DNA of 64,000 bases from Candidatus Omnitrophota bacterium (lineage in GTDB: Bacteria; Omnitrophota; Gorgyraeia; B26-G9; JBDRCZ01). The translations under genes and the position numbers were made by a program. Under the pieces are notes generated by a model. It had not been told where the DNA came from, searched no databases, and saw only the letters and a list, made by a program, of their open reading frames with translations. The stretch covers positions 2,199-66,198 of the forward strand of contig JBDRCZ010000051.1 of NCBI GenBank assembly GCA_043821285.1. The letters are read 5' to 3'. Positions 10,481 to 19,707 of this stretch are shown one piece after another. Position 1 is the first letter of the stretch, and each line of letters begins with the position of its first letter.

Positions 10481-11283
10481 AGAAAACAAAATTTTTTACA
10501 AAAAAACTGCCTTTAATATTTTTTCTTACATTAATATTAAACTCTGCGTTTATTTTAGATGTTTTATCAATCGATGAGAGTGTTAGTAGAGATATTGTAA
10601 AGGTTATAAACAGTTATTGCAATGCGTGGATTAGAGGCAATGCAAAAGAAATGTATCAATTTCTAATCCGGCCGACCGTGTTAACAGAAGAAGAATACGT
10701 GAAAGACTGGGAAGGGAAGCTCGATGATGGTAAACGTCCAATAAAAATCATTAATATTAATGACGTTAAGTATATAAATAATACAAGCTATAGTATTGTT
10801 GTAACCTTAGAAGTTCCTCCAAGCTGGTATAAACCATGTAATGCAGCGCAATTTGAATACTTTTTAGAACTTGGCATAGATGACGAATGGGGCATAACAG
10901 GTAGTCGCGAACTTGTTGTTAAAAAAGAAGTAAATATTGCAGAATTAAAAGAAATTGTTCGTAAAGAGATAGAGTTTTGGATGGCAGGAGATGTGCACGC
11001 GATGTATCAATTAGGTACCAAACCGATTACCTTACCGGAAGAGCAATTTGTAAAAGATATGGCAGAAGGGCTTAAACCTGAAAATCGTCCAAAAAAGATA
11101 ATATCCATAAGTGAACCAGAACATGTGAAAGGAAATATGTACAGTGTAATTGCGAAATTGGCGGTGCCTGAGAGTTGGATTAAGCCGGATAATGCAGCAA
11201 AAATTAAGTATTTTTTATTACCGGGAGCAGATAATAAATGGGGACTAACCGGTCAAACAGAGCTATCATTGTCTCTAAAATAA
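10477..11283 (+). CDS. Exported protein with two tandem copies of a roughly 105-aa domain (possibly NTF2-like)
   Basis: Internal repeat W..G...MYQ...P..L.EE.[YF]VKD...RP.KII...YS...L.VP.SW.KP.NAA...YFL..G.D..WG.TG. Confidence 0.7.
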   Translation: MKKTKFFTKKLPLIFFLTLILNSAFILDVLSIDESVSRDIVKVINSYCNAWIRGNAKEMYQFLIRPTVLTEEEYVKDWEGKLDDGKRPIKIININDVKYINNTSYSIVVTLEVPPSWYKPCNAAQFEYFLELGIDDEWGITGSRELVVKKEVNIAELKEIVRKEIEFWMAGDVHAMYQLGTKPITLPEEQFVKDMAEGLKPENRPKKIISISEPEHVKGNMYSVIAKLAVPESWIKPDNAAKIKYFLLPGADNKWGLTGQTELSLSLK

Positions 11284-11297
11284 TGCAAAAAATATAA

Positions 11298-11540
11298 ATG
11301 AAGAATAATAACAAAATTACAGAAACGGTTATTTTTATTTTAGCATTTATTTTTATTCAGATAATACAGTTAAATAAAAGTTTTCAAGATTTATTTACTC
11401 AATATTTGTCTAAAAATAAAGATAGAAGTAAACAAGAAACCATTGAGTCAATTCGTGTTATTTTAACTTTGTCTGGAGTAAATGCTGCGATAAGTAAAAG
11501 CAGTGGTTGCGGCATGGCTGCAGATTGTATTGGATGTTAG
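11298..11540 (+). CDS. Small protein with N-terminal hydrophobic segment and Cys-rich tail (GCGMAADCIGC); possible RiPP-like precursor
   Basis: 80-aa ORF directly upstream of a SPASM-domain frame. Confidence 0.45.
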   Translation: MKNNNKITETVIFILAFIFIQIIQLNKSFQDLFTQYLSKNKDRSKQETIESIRVILTLSGVNAAISKSSGCGMAADCIGC

Positions 11541-12325
11541 TAGAAAACTCAATAAAAAGATTAATATCTATCGGAAAAACTCCTGGGATTAGAGTAACTC
11601 TTACTGATCATAACCAGAATAGGATTGTAGAATCCATAGATTACTTAAAAAAGTTAGGAATACGTTCAGCTGCCTTTATTCCGATGGAAATACCTTTTTA
11701 TTTAGAAGACAATATAGCTCAGCTGGCAACGGATCCTGAGATAGTATATAATGAATATATTAGGGCTTATGAATATACATACAGATTATATTGTAATGAG
11801 GGGTATGCCTTCCATCTTTTGCCGATAACCATGATTTTAGAAGGAGTGATGTCCGGAGGAAGGTTTCAAGGTTGTGGGATGGGAAGAGGTTTTTTTTCGA
11901 TAGGTACTAGTGGAAATATACATTCATGTCAAAGAGTGAGAACAGATGAATTTTATATAGGAAATATATACGATAATGATATTTTTTATAAACTTGATAA
12001 TGTGCCGGAAAGTAAAAAAGGAAATAGCGTTTTGTCAGCATTGCTTAGTGAACGAACTACTGATGTAAAAGGCAATTCTTGTGCTAATTGTGAAGTTTTA
12101 GCGTTTTGTGCGGGAGGTTGTGCTGCCGCTGCCTGGGCGCAGTTTAAAGATAAGGACATAGGGTCCCCTAATATTAATGACTCGATGTACCATGAAAAAT
12201 GTTATTATACAAAGAAATTGATAAAAAGGCTTTTTTGGGATTATATTGAACGTCCAAAGAAAGATGACAAATATTTCAAATATCTTTCAACTATTGCGCC
12301 AATAAGACGAAATTTTTGGATGTAA
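11507..12325 (+). pseudogene. Radical SAM/SPASM protein lacking its N-terminal CxxxCxxC region
   Basis: SPASM motifs GCGMG...G.I..C...IGNI and C..C.....C.GGC. No SAM-cluster motif and no convincing start. Confidence 0.7.
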
Positions 12326-12462
12326 ACAACGTTTTTTTATCATTAAACAGTTCCGCTATACGGTTATGCAGTTCAAAACATTTAATGTTTATTGGATGAG
12401 ATTTACATGAACTGATTGCACAGTTAAATGCACAAAAGGAACTGTTAGGACAAACATTTGCA

Positions 12463-12570
12463 GAAATGGATAAAAAAAATTCCGGTGCTGCGGAGCAGTA
12501 TTAGCTTGGCATAATGCTCTGTAGCCTTGCTGGAGAATGGTCAAACTGCAGAAAATTATTTATTTGGTAT
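12463..12570 (+). repeat. Family A sub-module (ATAAAAAAAATTCCGGTGCTGC...), homologous to 21908-22008
   Basis: Shares CCGGTGCTGC...AGCTTGGCA...CTGTAG.CTTGCT...ATGGTCAA.CTG with the copy after ssb. Confidence 0.7.
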
Positions 12571-12583
12571 TATTTAACAAGTT

Positions 12584-13438
12584 ATGAAAAGTATTCGCTT
12601 GCTTGCCCCGGCAAAGATAAATTTGTATTTAGATATAGTTGGCCGCCGCCGGGATGGCTATCATAATATTTTAACTTTTTTGCATAAAATTAATTTAGCA
12701 GATACGATTGAACTAAAGCCGCGGCAGCAGAAGATTGTGGTGAAATGTAGTCATGCACATGTGCCCAGTGGCCGGACAAATCTTGTGTATAAAGCCGCGA
12801 GGATGCTTCAGCAGAAGACGTGTACAAATTTTGGTGCGGAGATTAAAATAATAAAAAGGATTCCTCCAGCCAGTGGGTTAGCAGGAGGTTCCAGTGATGC
12901 GGCAAGTGTGCTTTTAGGGTTAAACCGGTTATGGAAGCTAAAGATTCCGGCAAAAACGCTTGAACTCTGGGCAGCAGAGATTGGTGCAGATGTTCCATTT
13001 TTTGTTAGCAGATATAATTCAGCTATTGCTCGCGGCATTGGAGATAAACTTCGGCCGATAGACACCACGGCAAAATACTGGGTTGTCCTGGCAGTTCCGC
13101 ATAGAAGGATTTCTACAAAAAAAATTTACCGTCTGTTAAAACAAATCTTGACAAAGAGACCGGGTAATGTTAAACTAATCATTCACGCCTTCAAGCATAA
13201 AGACTTAGAAACGTTATCGGTCTATTTGTATAATGCATTGGAACATATAACACTTAAGCGGTGTAAAGAGACCGGGAAGATTAAGTCGCTGTTTAGTCTT
13301 TTAGGTTGTAAGGTAGCACTTATGTCCGGCAGCGGCCCAACAGTATTTACACTAACAACATCAAGGGGGGAGGCGAGGAGAATAGCACAGAGCACGAGTT
13401 CAGAGAAGTGCGAGACATTTGTCGTAAGAAGCTTGTAG
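12584..13438 (+). CDS. ispE: 4-diphosphocytidyl-2-C-methyl-D-erythritol kinase
   Basis: APAKINL, KRIP..SGLAGGSSDAA, IGADVPFF, MSGSGPTVF. Confidence 0.97.
   Translation: MKSIRLLAPAKINLYLDIVGRRRDGYHNILTFLHKINLADTIELKPRQQKIVVKCSHAHVPSGRTNLVYKAARMLQQKTCTNFGAEIKIIKRIPPASGLAGGSSDAASVLLGLNRLWKLKIPAKTLELWAAEIGADVPFFVSRYNSAIARGIGDKLRPIDTTAKYWVVLAVPHRRISTKKIYRLLKQILTKRPGNVKLIIHAFKHKDLETLSVYLYNALEHITLKRCKETGKIKSLFSLLGCKVALMSGSGPTVFTLTTSRGEARRIAQSTSSEKCETFVVRSL
13148..13176 (+). promoter_or_regulatory. Sigma70-type promoter inside ispE, likely driving spoVG/tRNA-Gln
   Basis: TTGACA-17 nt-TAAACT with extended -10 TG. Confidence 0.5.
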
Positions 13439-13553
13439 CTAATAGTAGACAGCCGGTACATGCAAGCGTACCTTAAAAGAGAATTGTTACTGCGATGTTT
13501 TTTCAATGGTTTCTTCGGCTGCCTACAACAACATGGAAAAAGGAGTGAGTTCA

Positions 13554-13976
13554 ATGGAGATTACCGAGGTGAGAGTGTTTTTGAAAACAAGTCCGGATAA
13601 AAAATTAAAGGCATATACCACAATAACATTAGATAATGCCTTTGTTGTTCGAGATATTAAGGTCATTGAAGGCAGTAAAGGATTATTTGTCGCGATGCCT
13701 TCAAGAAAGCTAAAAAATCAATGTGCAAAATGCGGATATAGAAATGTTGTTCGCAGCAAGTTTTGCAACCAATGCGGCTCAGCACAAGACACTTATTCGA
13801 GTAAGCCCGCAGTAACCCCGGAAGAACAGCGTCAGTCAGAACACCGCGATATTGCCCACCCAATTACGCCAGAATGCCGTGAATATATCCAGCGCAAAGT
13901 CTTAGAAGCTTATGATCTGGAAAAGAAAAAGGCCCCTGGGGTGACGGTTGTGTCTGAAGAAGAGGTAGAAGAATAA
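13554..13976 (+). CDS. spoVG: SpoVG family protein with inserted zinc ribbon
   Basis: MEITEVRV...FVVRDIKVIEG..GLFVAMPSRK...DIAHPI. Insert CAKC...CNQC. SD AAGGAG. Confidence 0.9.
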   Translation: MEITEVRVFLKTSPDKKLKAYTTITLDNAFVVRDIKVIEGSKGLFVAMPSRKLKNQCAKCGYRNVVRSKFCNQCGSAQDTYSSKPAVTPEEQRQSEHRDIAHPITPECREYIQRKVLEAYDLEKKKAPGVTVVSEEEVEE

Positions 13977-14146
13977 CCCGGGCAAAAAGGGTGTGGCAAA
14001 GAGGCATGCCTTTATGACAGCGTAAAATTAGCTATGCTAATTTTGTTTTTGCCGGTCAAGGTGTGTAGTAGAAAAAACCTGGCATATTTTGTATAAAGAT
14101 ACCGGGGCAAGTGCTTTTATATTAGTGAAAACTACAAAATATGGTT

Positions 14147-14220
14147 TGCCCGGTAGTGTAATGGTAACACATCAGATTTTGGTTCTGAGTTTCGAGGTTC
14201 GAATCCTCGCCGGGCAGCCA
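14147..14220 (+). tRNA. tRNA-Gln (TTG)
   Basis: Acceptor stem TGCCCGG/CCGGGCA, anticodon arm TCAGA-TTTTGGT-TCTGA, GTTCGAATC T-loop, encoded CCA. Confidence 0.95.
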
Positions 14221-14587
14221 GTTCAGCAAATTGCAAATAATAAGTAGCAAATGGTAATTGACAAAGAGGATGAGAACCTAAAAGGGGATTTTAAGGGGAA
14301 AGATTGTTTCCCTTTATCCGCGTACTGGAATATCCTTGCGGAAGGAAGGAAAATATTAAAAGGAAACAATCAGAGTTTCTTTTTAAGGAGCGAAATCGAA
14401 GAGAGCCCGTCATGCTTTATGGCGGGACGAAGCTGCTGAATAGCAGCGGAGTGTTGAGCGACAGGTTCAAGCACGAAGTGCGGAATCCTCGCAGGGCAGC
14501 CAATTTTTGGCGATGCCAAAAATTGGCAGAGTCCGCCTAAGGCGGACGGTCTAATGTTCTATTGTTTATGGCTCAAAAAGGTGATTT

Positions 14588-14716
14588 ATGCCTTTCATGT
14601 TCGAAAACCTTGAAGTTTATCAGAAAGCAATCGGAAATCTTACAGAAAGGTTTACAAAAGGCAATTATTATCTTATATGTGAGAATAAGATAGCAGGTAA
14701 AGCGAAGGAATTATGA
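14588..14716 (+). pseudogene. Four-helix-bundle (23S rRNA IVS-protein family) N-terminal remnant, 42 codons, overlapping the methyltransferase start
   Basis: MPFMFENLEVYQKAI...LTERFTKGNYYL. SD AAGGTGA. ATGA overlap at 14713. Confidence 0.55.
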
Positions 14717-15855
14717 AAACGAGCGAACAGGCTATAGATTTGTTTGTAGATTTAGAAAAAGAACAGTATGACTGGAAGAAAGATATTATTATTAATAAGT
14801 CTAAACTGTTGGAAAAGATCAAAGAAATCACACAGATAGATGCGCCCATTCAACTGAAAAGAAATATAGCTTTTATTAAATCAGTAATTAATTATCCTAA
14901 AAATGATAGAGATGGTTTAGTTAATATAGATCAGAATGGCGATACTACGGTTTTGAAGAAAGGGACTCTCCTTGAAGAGTTAAATCAAATTGAAGAAGCC
15001 CAAACAGTAGAAAGAGCAAGATATTATCTCCATCGGTTAAGAAAGGGCATAAGTGAAATAAAAACTAGTAAAATTAATGACATAAATCTCAATCGCTGGA
15101 AGGAGTATCAAAATATTTTAACTGATAGTTTATGGATTTTAGAGAGAAGAGATGATTCGGGTGTTCATGCGGGCTGGTACTGGGGTAATTTTATCCCGCA
15201 AATACCACATCAGTTAATGATGCGGTATACAAAAAAAGGCGATTGGGTTCTTGATCCATTTTTAGGTAGTGGCACGACTTTAATTGAGTGTCGGCATTTA
15301 GGCAGAAACGGGATTGGGGTTGAATTAAATCCAGAAACCGCGAGAAAAGCGAAAGATTTAATCGAAAGAGAAAACAACAGTGAAAATATTACTACTGAAG
15401 TTGGAGCCGGAGATAGCAGAAAAATAAATTTTAAAGAACTTTTAGATAAACAAGGAGTTAAGCAAGTTCAACTTATTATTATGCATCCGCCATATCACGA
15501 CATAATTAAGTTTAGTAGAGAAACAGAAGATTTATCTAACGCCGCAACCACGGAAGATTTCATAGAAATGTTTGATGAGGTTTTAGATAACACTGCCCCG
15601 CTTTTAGAGAAAGGCAGATATCTTGGGATAGTTATCGGAGATAAATATTATAAAGGTACTTGGATCCCCTTATGTTTTTATATTATGAATGAAGTTTTAA
15701 AAAAGGATTTTACCCTTAAAAGTATAATTGTTAAAAACTTTGAAGAAACAAGAGGAAAGAGGAATCAAAGAGAGTTATGGCGCTATCGAGCATTGGTGGG
15801 CGGTTTTTATATTTTCAAACACGAGTATATTTTATTATTTAAAAAAGGGAAGTAG
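14713..15855 (+). CDS. DNA amino-methyltransferase (N4-C or N6-A type)
   Basis: Motif I VLDPFLGSGTT followed by motif IV variant MHPPY. C-terminal HEYILLFKK. Confidence 0.85.
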   Translation: MKTSEQAIDLFVDLEKEQYDWKKDIIINKSKLLEKIKEITQIDAPIQLKRNIAFIKSVINYPKNDRDGLVNIDQNGDTTVLKKGTLLEELNQIEEAQTVERARYYLHRLRKGISEIKTSKINDINLNRWKEYQNILTDSLWILERRDDSGVHAGWYWGNFIPQIPHQLMMRYTKKGDWVLDPFLGSGTTLIECRHLGRNGIGVELNPETARKAKDLIERENNSENITTEVGAGDSRKINFKELLDKQGVKQVQLIIMHPPYHDIIKFSRETEDLSNAATTEDFIEMFDEVLDNTAPLLEKGRYLGIVIGDKYYKGTWIPLCFYIMNEVLKKDFTLKSIIVKNFEETRGKRNQRELWRYRALVGGFYIFKHEYILLFKKGK

Positions 15856-15858
15856 TAG

Positions 15859-17013
15859 ATGACAACGCATGTTTTTATTGTTGATTTTGTAACTTTTAAA
15901 TATCACTTAGAATACTTATTTGCTGGTACCGGAGCAAAAGATAATGTCATTGATTTTAATGCAAAATCCAGCACGTCGTTAAAGCCTATGACTGAAAATA
16001 ATTTAGTAGGAATGATTGCGGATTCGCAAAGAATAAGAACAGGCGATTATATAATTTTCTATTTACAACAAGATATGTCCGAAGGCATTTATGAAGGCAA
16101 GTTTTACGGTATATTTAAGGCTAAAGAAGACCTGTCGTTTTTAGACAACAATGATAAGAATCAATTTCTCAAAAAAGAATTAATAAAGTCATTAACTTTC
16201 AGAACTCTTATAGAACCCTATGAAGTTTATGCTGTAGGTGTTACAGAATGGGAAGCGTTAGATGAAATAAAGTTTATACAGTCACCTAACCAGATGCTTT
16301 GGAGTCTTATTTATAGAAAATTAAAAGTGAATAGAGGCAACACGATGATAACCATTTATGAAAGCGATAGACTTTTTAAGCTATTGCGCGATAAAAATAA
16401 TAGAAAAACGCTCGATAGTCAAAATCTTACATATGACAATGTAACACGAGAAATAAAGCCAAGTAATGACAAAAATGTTTATTTGGGGAGAAAAGTAGCG
16501 ATAGACATCTTAACTCGATTAGTAAGAAAGCATAATGAAGGAAAAGCATTTGAGATGCATTTACAAGCTTATGTAATTCAGAATATTGACAGGAATAAAA
16601 ATAAAACTTTAGACGTCTGTTTGCTTGATAGCTTATCACTGGAATGGATTGGTAATGAGGTTTCTTGCGGCGTAGGAATGCAAAGAATAGACGTCATGCT
16701 CTCGGTTTTTAAGGAGAATTCAAGAATAATTATCCCTATAGAATTAAAAGCGGTCGAAGCAGATGAAAAAAATATTTCCCAGATTCAAAGATATGTCGAC
16801 TGGCTCGAGCAATATTACATTCCTAACAGGATCAGTGATACACAACCGGTATTAATTTCAAAGAAGATTGAAAACAAAACAACAGCTTCATATAAAAATA
16901 TTATCAAAACTTTCGAAGAGTTTAATAAAAAGAATACCAGATGCTTGCCTTTGAAATTTATAGAGTATGAGTTAGCCAGTAATAATTTATATTTTAAAGA
17001 AGAAAAGTATTAA
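15859..17013 (+). CDS. Putative restriction endonuclease: EVE/PUA-like N-terminal domain plus NucS-like PD-(D/E)XK domain
   Basis: N-terminal IRTGDYIIFY...FYGIFKA. C-terminal E..LQAY...NEV...RIDVML...IELK...QIQRY. Confidence 0.65.
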   Translation: MTTHVFIVDFVTFKYHLEYLFAGTGAKDNVIDFNAKSSTSLKPMTENNLVGMIADSQRIRTGDYIIFYLQQDMSEGIYEGKFYGIFKAKEDLSFLDNNDKNQFLKKELIKSLTFRTLIEPYEVYAVGVTEWEALDEIKFIQSPNQMLWSLIYRKLKVNRGNTMITIYESDRLFKLLRDKNNRKTLDSQNLTYDNVTREIKPSNDKNVYLGRKVAIDILTRLVRKHNEGKAFEMHLQAYVIQNIDRNKNKTLDVCLLDSLSLEWIGNEVSCGVGMQRIDVMLSVFKENSRIIIPIELKAVEADEKNISQIQRYVDWLEQYYIPNRISDTQPVLISKKIENKTTASYKNIIKTFEEFNKKNTRCLPLKFIEYELASNNLYFKEEKY

Positions 17014-17151
17014 GATTGGTTGATAATTAGGTTGATGGTTTTAACCCCGTGGTTTACCTAAATATAAATATCCCTTTGCCACGGTTGACTATAATTTTAT
17101 GACTAATTGGCAACATTGATTCTTTGATTTTCGGTTGATGACAACTTTCTT

Positions 17152-17314
17152 TCTTTTGGTTCTACCTTTTCTTTTTAAGAAAAGGTAGAGCAAAATATCC
17201 GCCTAATAAACTGGCGGATTAAATTCCGACAAATAATTTACATCGCCTATAGCTCTGTAAATTATGTCGTTATTTAAGGTAGATGGCAAAATTAGTGCCG
17301 AAGGCAATAATTTT
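17152..17314 (+). repeat. Composite hairpin cluster upstream of glmU (CCTTTTC/GAAAAGG hairpin, family A module, AAATTAGTGCC-GAA-GGCAATAATTT hairpin)
   Basis: Each part recurs elsewhere: 22597-22664, 30252-30319, 20389-20415 and 27086-27180. Confidence 0.75.
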
Positions 17315-18580
17315 ATGAAAAACATTACCGCGATAATATTAGCTGCAGGAGAAGGTACGCGGATGTATTCACAGCGGCCGAAAATTTTGCATAAGATTTG
17401 CGGTCAGCCGATGATTGATTATGTTGTAAATGCGGTCAGGGGTATTGGGATTAAAAAGATTATTATTGTTGTCGGACATAAATCTCAACTGGTAGAAGAC
17501 CACCTTAGTAAAGATGTCATCACGGTAAAACAGAAAAAACTGTTAGGTACCGGTGATGCGGTAATGAGCGCAAAATCCAATATCGGGCTGGATGATGAGC
17601 TGCTTATTCTTTATGGCGATACCCCGCTGGTAACCAGTGAGACCTTGAAAGAGCTTCTAAAAAAACACCGTGAGACCGCAGCAGCGTGCACTCTTTTAAC
17701 CGCGGTAATAAAAAATCCTTCCGGCTATGGACGGGTTTTACGTGATGATAGCGGAAAAATCCAGCGCATTGTTGAAGAAAATGATGCAACCTTGTTTCAA
17801 AAGGTTGTGGAAGAAATAAACGTAGGGGTATATTTCTATAAAGCCAAAGACCTGTTTGAAGCATTAGCAAAAATCCGGCCGTTGAATAAAAAAAATGAGT
17901 ATTATTTAACCGATACAATTTCTTTACTGATTAAAAAAAATAAACAGATTGCCTCGATACGAACAGAAAATAATGATGAAATTTTAGGGATTAATTCCCG
18001 GCGTGAACTCTCAGTTGCCAGCCGGATTATTAAGATGTGCTTGATTGAAAAAATAGTTGATTGTGGGGTAACCGTAGTTGACCCGGATAATACCTATATT
18101 GAAGTTAATGTAACAGCTTCGAAAGATACGGTTATTTATCCATTTACCTACATCGAACAAGACGTTACTATTGGTAAAAATTGTATCATCGGGCCGTTTG
18201 TTAGAATTAGGCGGGGGACGACGATTGGTAATGACACCATAGTCGGTAATTTCGTTGAGCTCAACCGTTCGGAAATTGGCAATCAATGCCGGATAAAACA
18301 TCAAAGCTATTTAGGCGATACGTTATTAGAGGATGAAGTGAATATTGGTGCGGGAACAGTGGTCGCTAATTATGACGGAAAGAATAAACATAAGACGAAG
18401 ATAAAAAAAGGTGCCTTTATTGGCTGCGGGACGATTCTTGTTGCTCCGGTGACCATAGGTAAATCTGCGGTTACCGGTGCGGGTACCGTAGTGCCGAAAA
18501 ACAAGGATGTTGCGGATAACACCGTGGTTGTTGGTGTGCCGGCACGGACGCTAAAGAAGAAGGAAAATGGCAATGCGTAA
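17315..18580 (+). CDS. glmU: Bifunctional UDP-GlcNAc pyrophosphorylase / GlcN-1-P acetyltransferase
   Basis: AIILAAGEGTRM, LGTGDAV, EYYLTD, hexapeptide repeats, NYDG. Confidence 0.97.
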   Translation: MKNITAIILAAGEGTRMYSQRPKILHKICGQPMIDYVVNAVRGIGIKKIIIVVGHKSQLVEDHLSKDVITVKQKKLLGTGDAVMSAKSNIGLDDELLILYGDTPLVTSETLKELLKKHRETAAACTLLTAVIKNPSGYGRVLRDDSGKIQRIVEENDATLFQKVVEEINVGVYFYKAKDLFEALAKIRPLNKKNEYYLTDTISLLIKKNKQIASIRTENNDEILGINSRRELSVASRIIKMCLIEKIVDCGVTVVDPDNTYIEVNVTASKDTVIYPFTYIEQDVTIGKNCIIGPFVRIRRGTTIGNDTIVGNFVELNRSEIGNQCRIKHQSYLGDTLLEDEVNIGAGTVVANYDGKNKHKTKIKKGAFIGCGTILVAPVTIGKSAVTGAGTVVPKNKDVADNTVVVGVPARTLKKKENGNA

Positions 18581-19511
18581 TGATATTGTTATTTTTTCTG
18601 GCAATTCTAATATTAAACTGGCGGAAGATATTTGCAGGTATTTAGGTATCGAACTGGGTGCGGCAATCGTCGATAGGTTTAGTGAGGGAGAAATAAGAGT
18701 AAAAATAGATCACAATGTCCGCGGCAAAGATGTGTTTGTAATACAGCCGACTTCTCCGCCGGTCAATGATAATCTGATGGAGCTTTTAATATTACTTGAT
18801 GCCTTAAAACGGGCATCCAGCGGGAGACTAACCGCGGTTATTCCTTTTTACGGGTATGCACGCCAGGACAGAAAAGATCAGCCGCGGGTGCCGATTACGG
18901 CCAAACTTGTGGCTAATCTATTAACAACAGCAGGAGCGGATAGAATTTTAACAATGGATTTGCATGCCGGACAAATCCAGGGATTTTTCGATATCCCGGT
19001 AGATCATCTTTTTGCTGCGCCGGTATTGGTTAAATATTTTGAGAAACTTAAAGGGCCGGATTTGGTTATTGCCGCGCCTGATGTTGGCGGGGTTAAAATG
19101 GCCAGGGCATTTGCCAAACGTCTGGAAGCCGGACTGGCAATTGTTGACAAAAGGCGTATTGATGCCCAAAGCGCAGAAGTGATGAATGTCCTGGGTGACA
19201 TTAAAAATAAACGGGTTATTATTGCGGATGATATGATTGCCACTGCGGGTTCTTTGACGGAAGCGGCAATTGTTTTAAAGGAAAAAGGGGCAGAGGAAGT
19301 CTATGCCGGGGTGTCGCATGGCGTATTTTCCGGACCGGCAATAGAAAGAATTACAAAATGTCCATTAAAAGAAGTTGTGATTACCGACAGCATTTTATTT
19401 GACGATGGTAAACAGCATTTTAAGATCAAGGTATTATCAATAGCAGAGCTTTTGGGTGAAGCGATAAAACGTATACATGAGGAGGAATCTGTAAGTTCGC
19501 TGTTTATTTAA
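18567..19511 (+). CDS. prs: Ribose-phosphate pyrophosphokinase
   Basis: YGYARQDRK, DLHAGQIQGFFD, PDVGG, DDMIATAGS. Confidence 0.98.
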   Translation: MAMRNDIVIFSGNSNIKLAEDICRYLGIELGAAIVDRFSEGEIRVKIDHNVRGKDVFVIQPTSPPVNDNLMELLILLDALKRASSGRLTAVIPFYGYARQDRKDQPRVPITAKLVANLLTTAGADRILTMDLHAGQIQGFFDIPVDHLFAAPVLVKYFEKLKGPDLVIAAPDVGGVKMARAFAKRLEAGLAIVDKRRIDAQSAEVMNVLGDIKNKRVIIADDMIATAGSLTEAAIVLKEKGAEEVYAGVSHGVFSGPAIERITKCPLKEVVITDSILFDDGKQHFKIKVLSIAELLGEAIKRIHEEESVSSLFI

Positions 19512-19694
19512 GGAATAATTTTAATATCCCACCTCGCAGATCGTGAGGAAATTCTTGATTAATAATTTCCTCCACGCTCGGTGGGATAAATTCGCACACA
19601 TAAGTAATGTCGCTTTACAGCGGCATAACTTATGTGCTCATTTAAACTTTGAAAACCGTAGATTTTTAAATGACCCGCCAAAAGACATGGCGGG
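19508..19694 (+). repeat. Modular intergenic hairpin element, family A copy
   Basis: Collinear with 2177-2345, with compensatory changes in the stems. Confidence 0.8.
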
Positions 19695-19707
19695 GGAGGA
19701 TATTGTC

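Noticed and set aside
14251-14540. Short ORFs after tRNA-Gln and other ORFs across repeats (27635-28014, 47407-47634, 50643-50873)
   Set aside because: They are translations of palindromic repeat DNA with no protein-like features or RBS.
14221-17150. Integrative element with an att site at tRNA-Gln
   Set aside because: No integrase and no repeat of the tRNA 3' end found at the far side of the cassette.
19543-19707. N-terminal extensions in the ORF track for rplY (also glmU 17264, ABC ATPase 55061, gnnA 43144, kinase 60055, 3923 ORF)
   Set aside because: They run through repeats, promoters or the upstream gene. Homology or a better SD begins at the downstream start.
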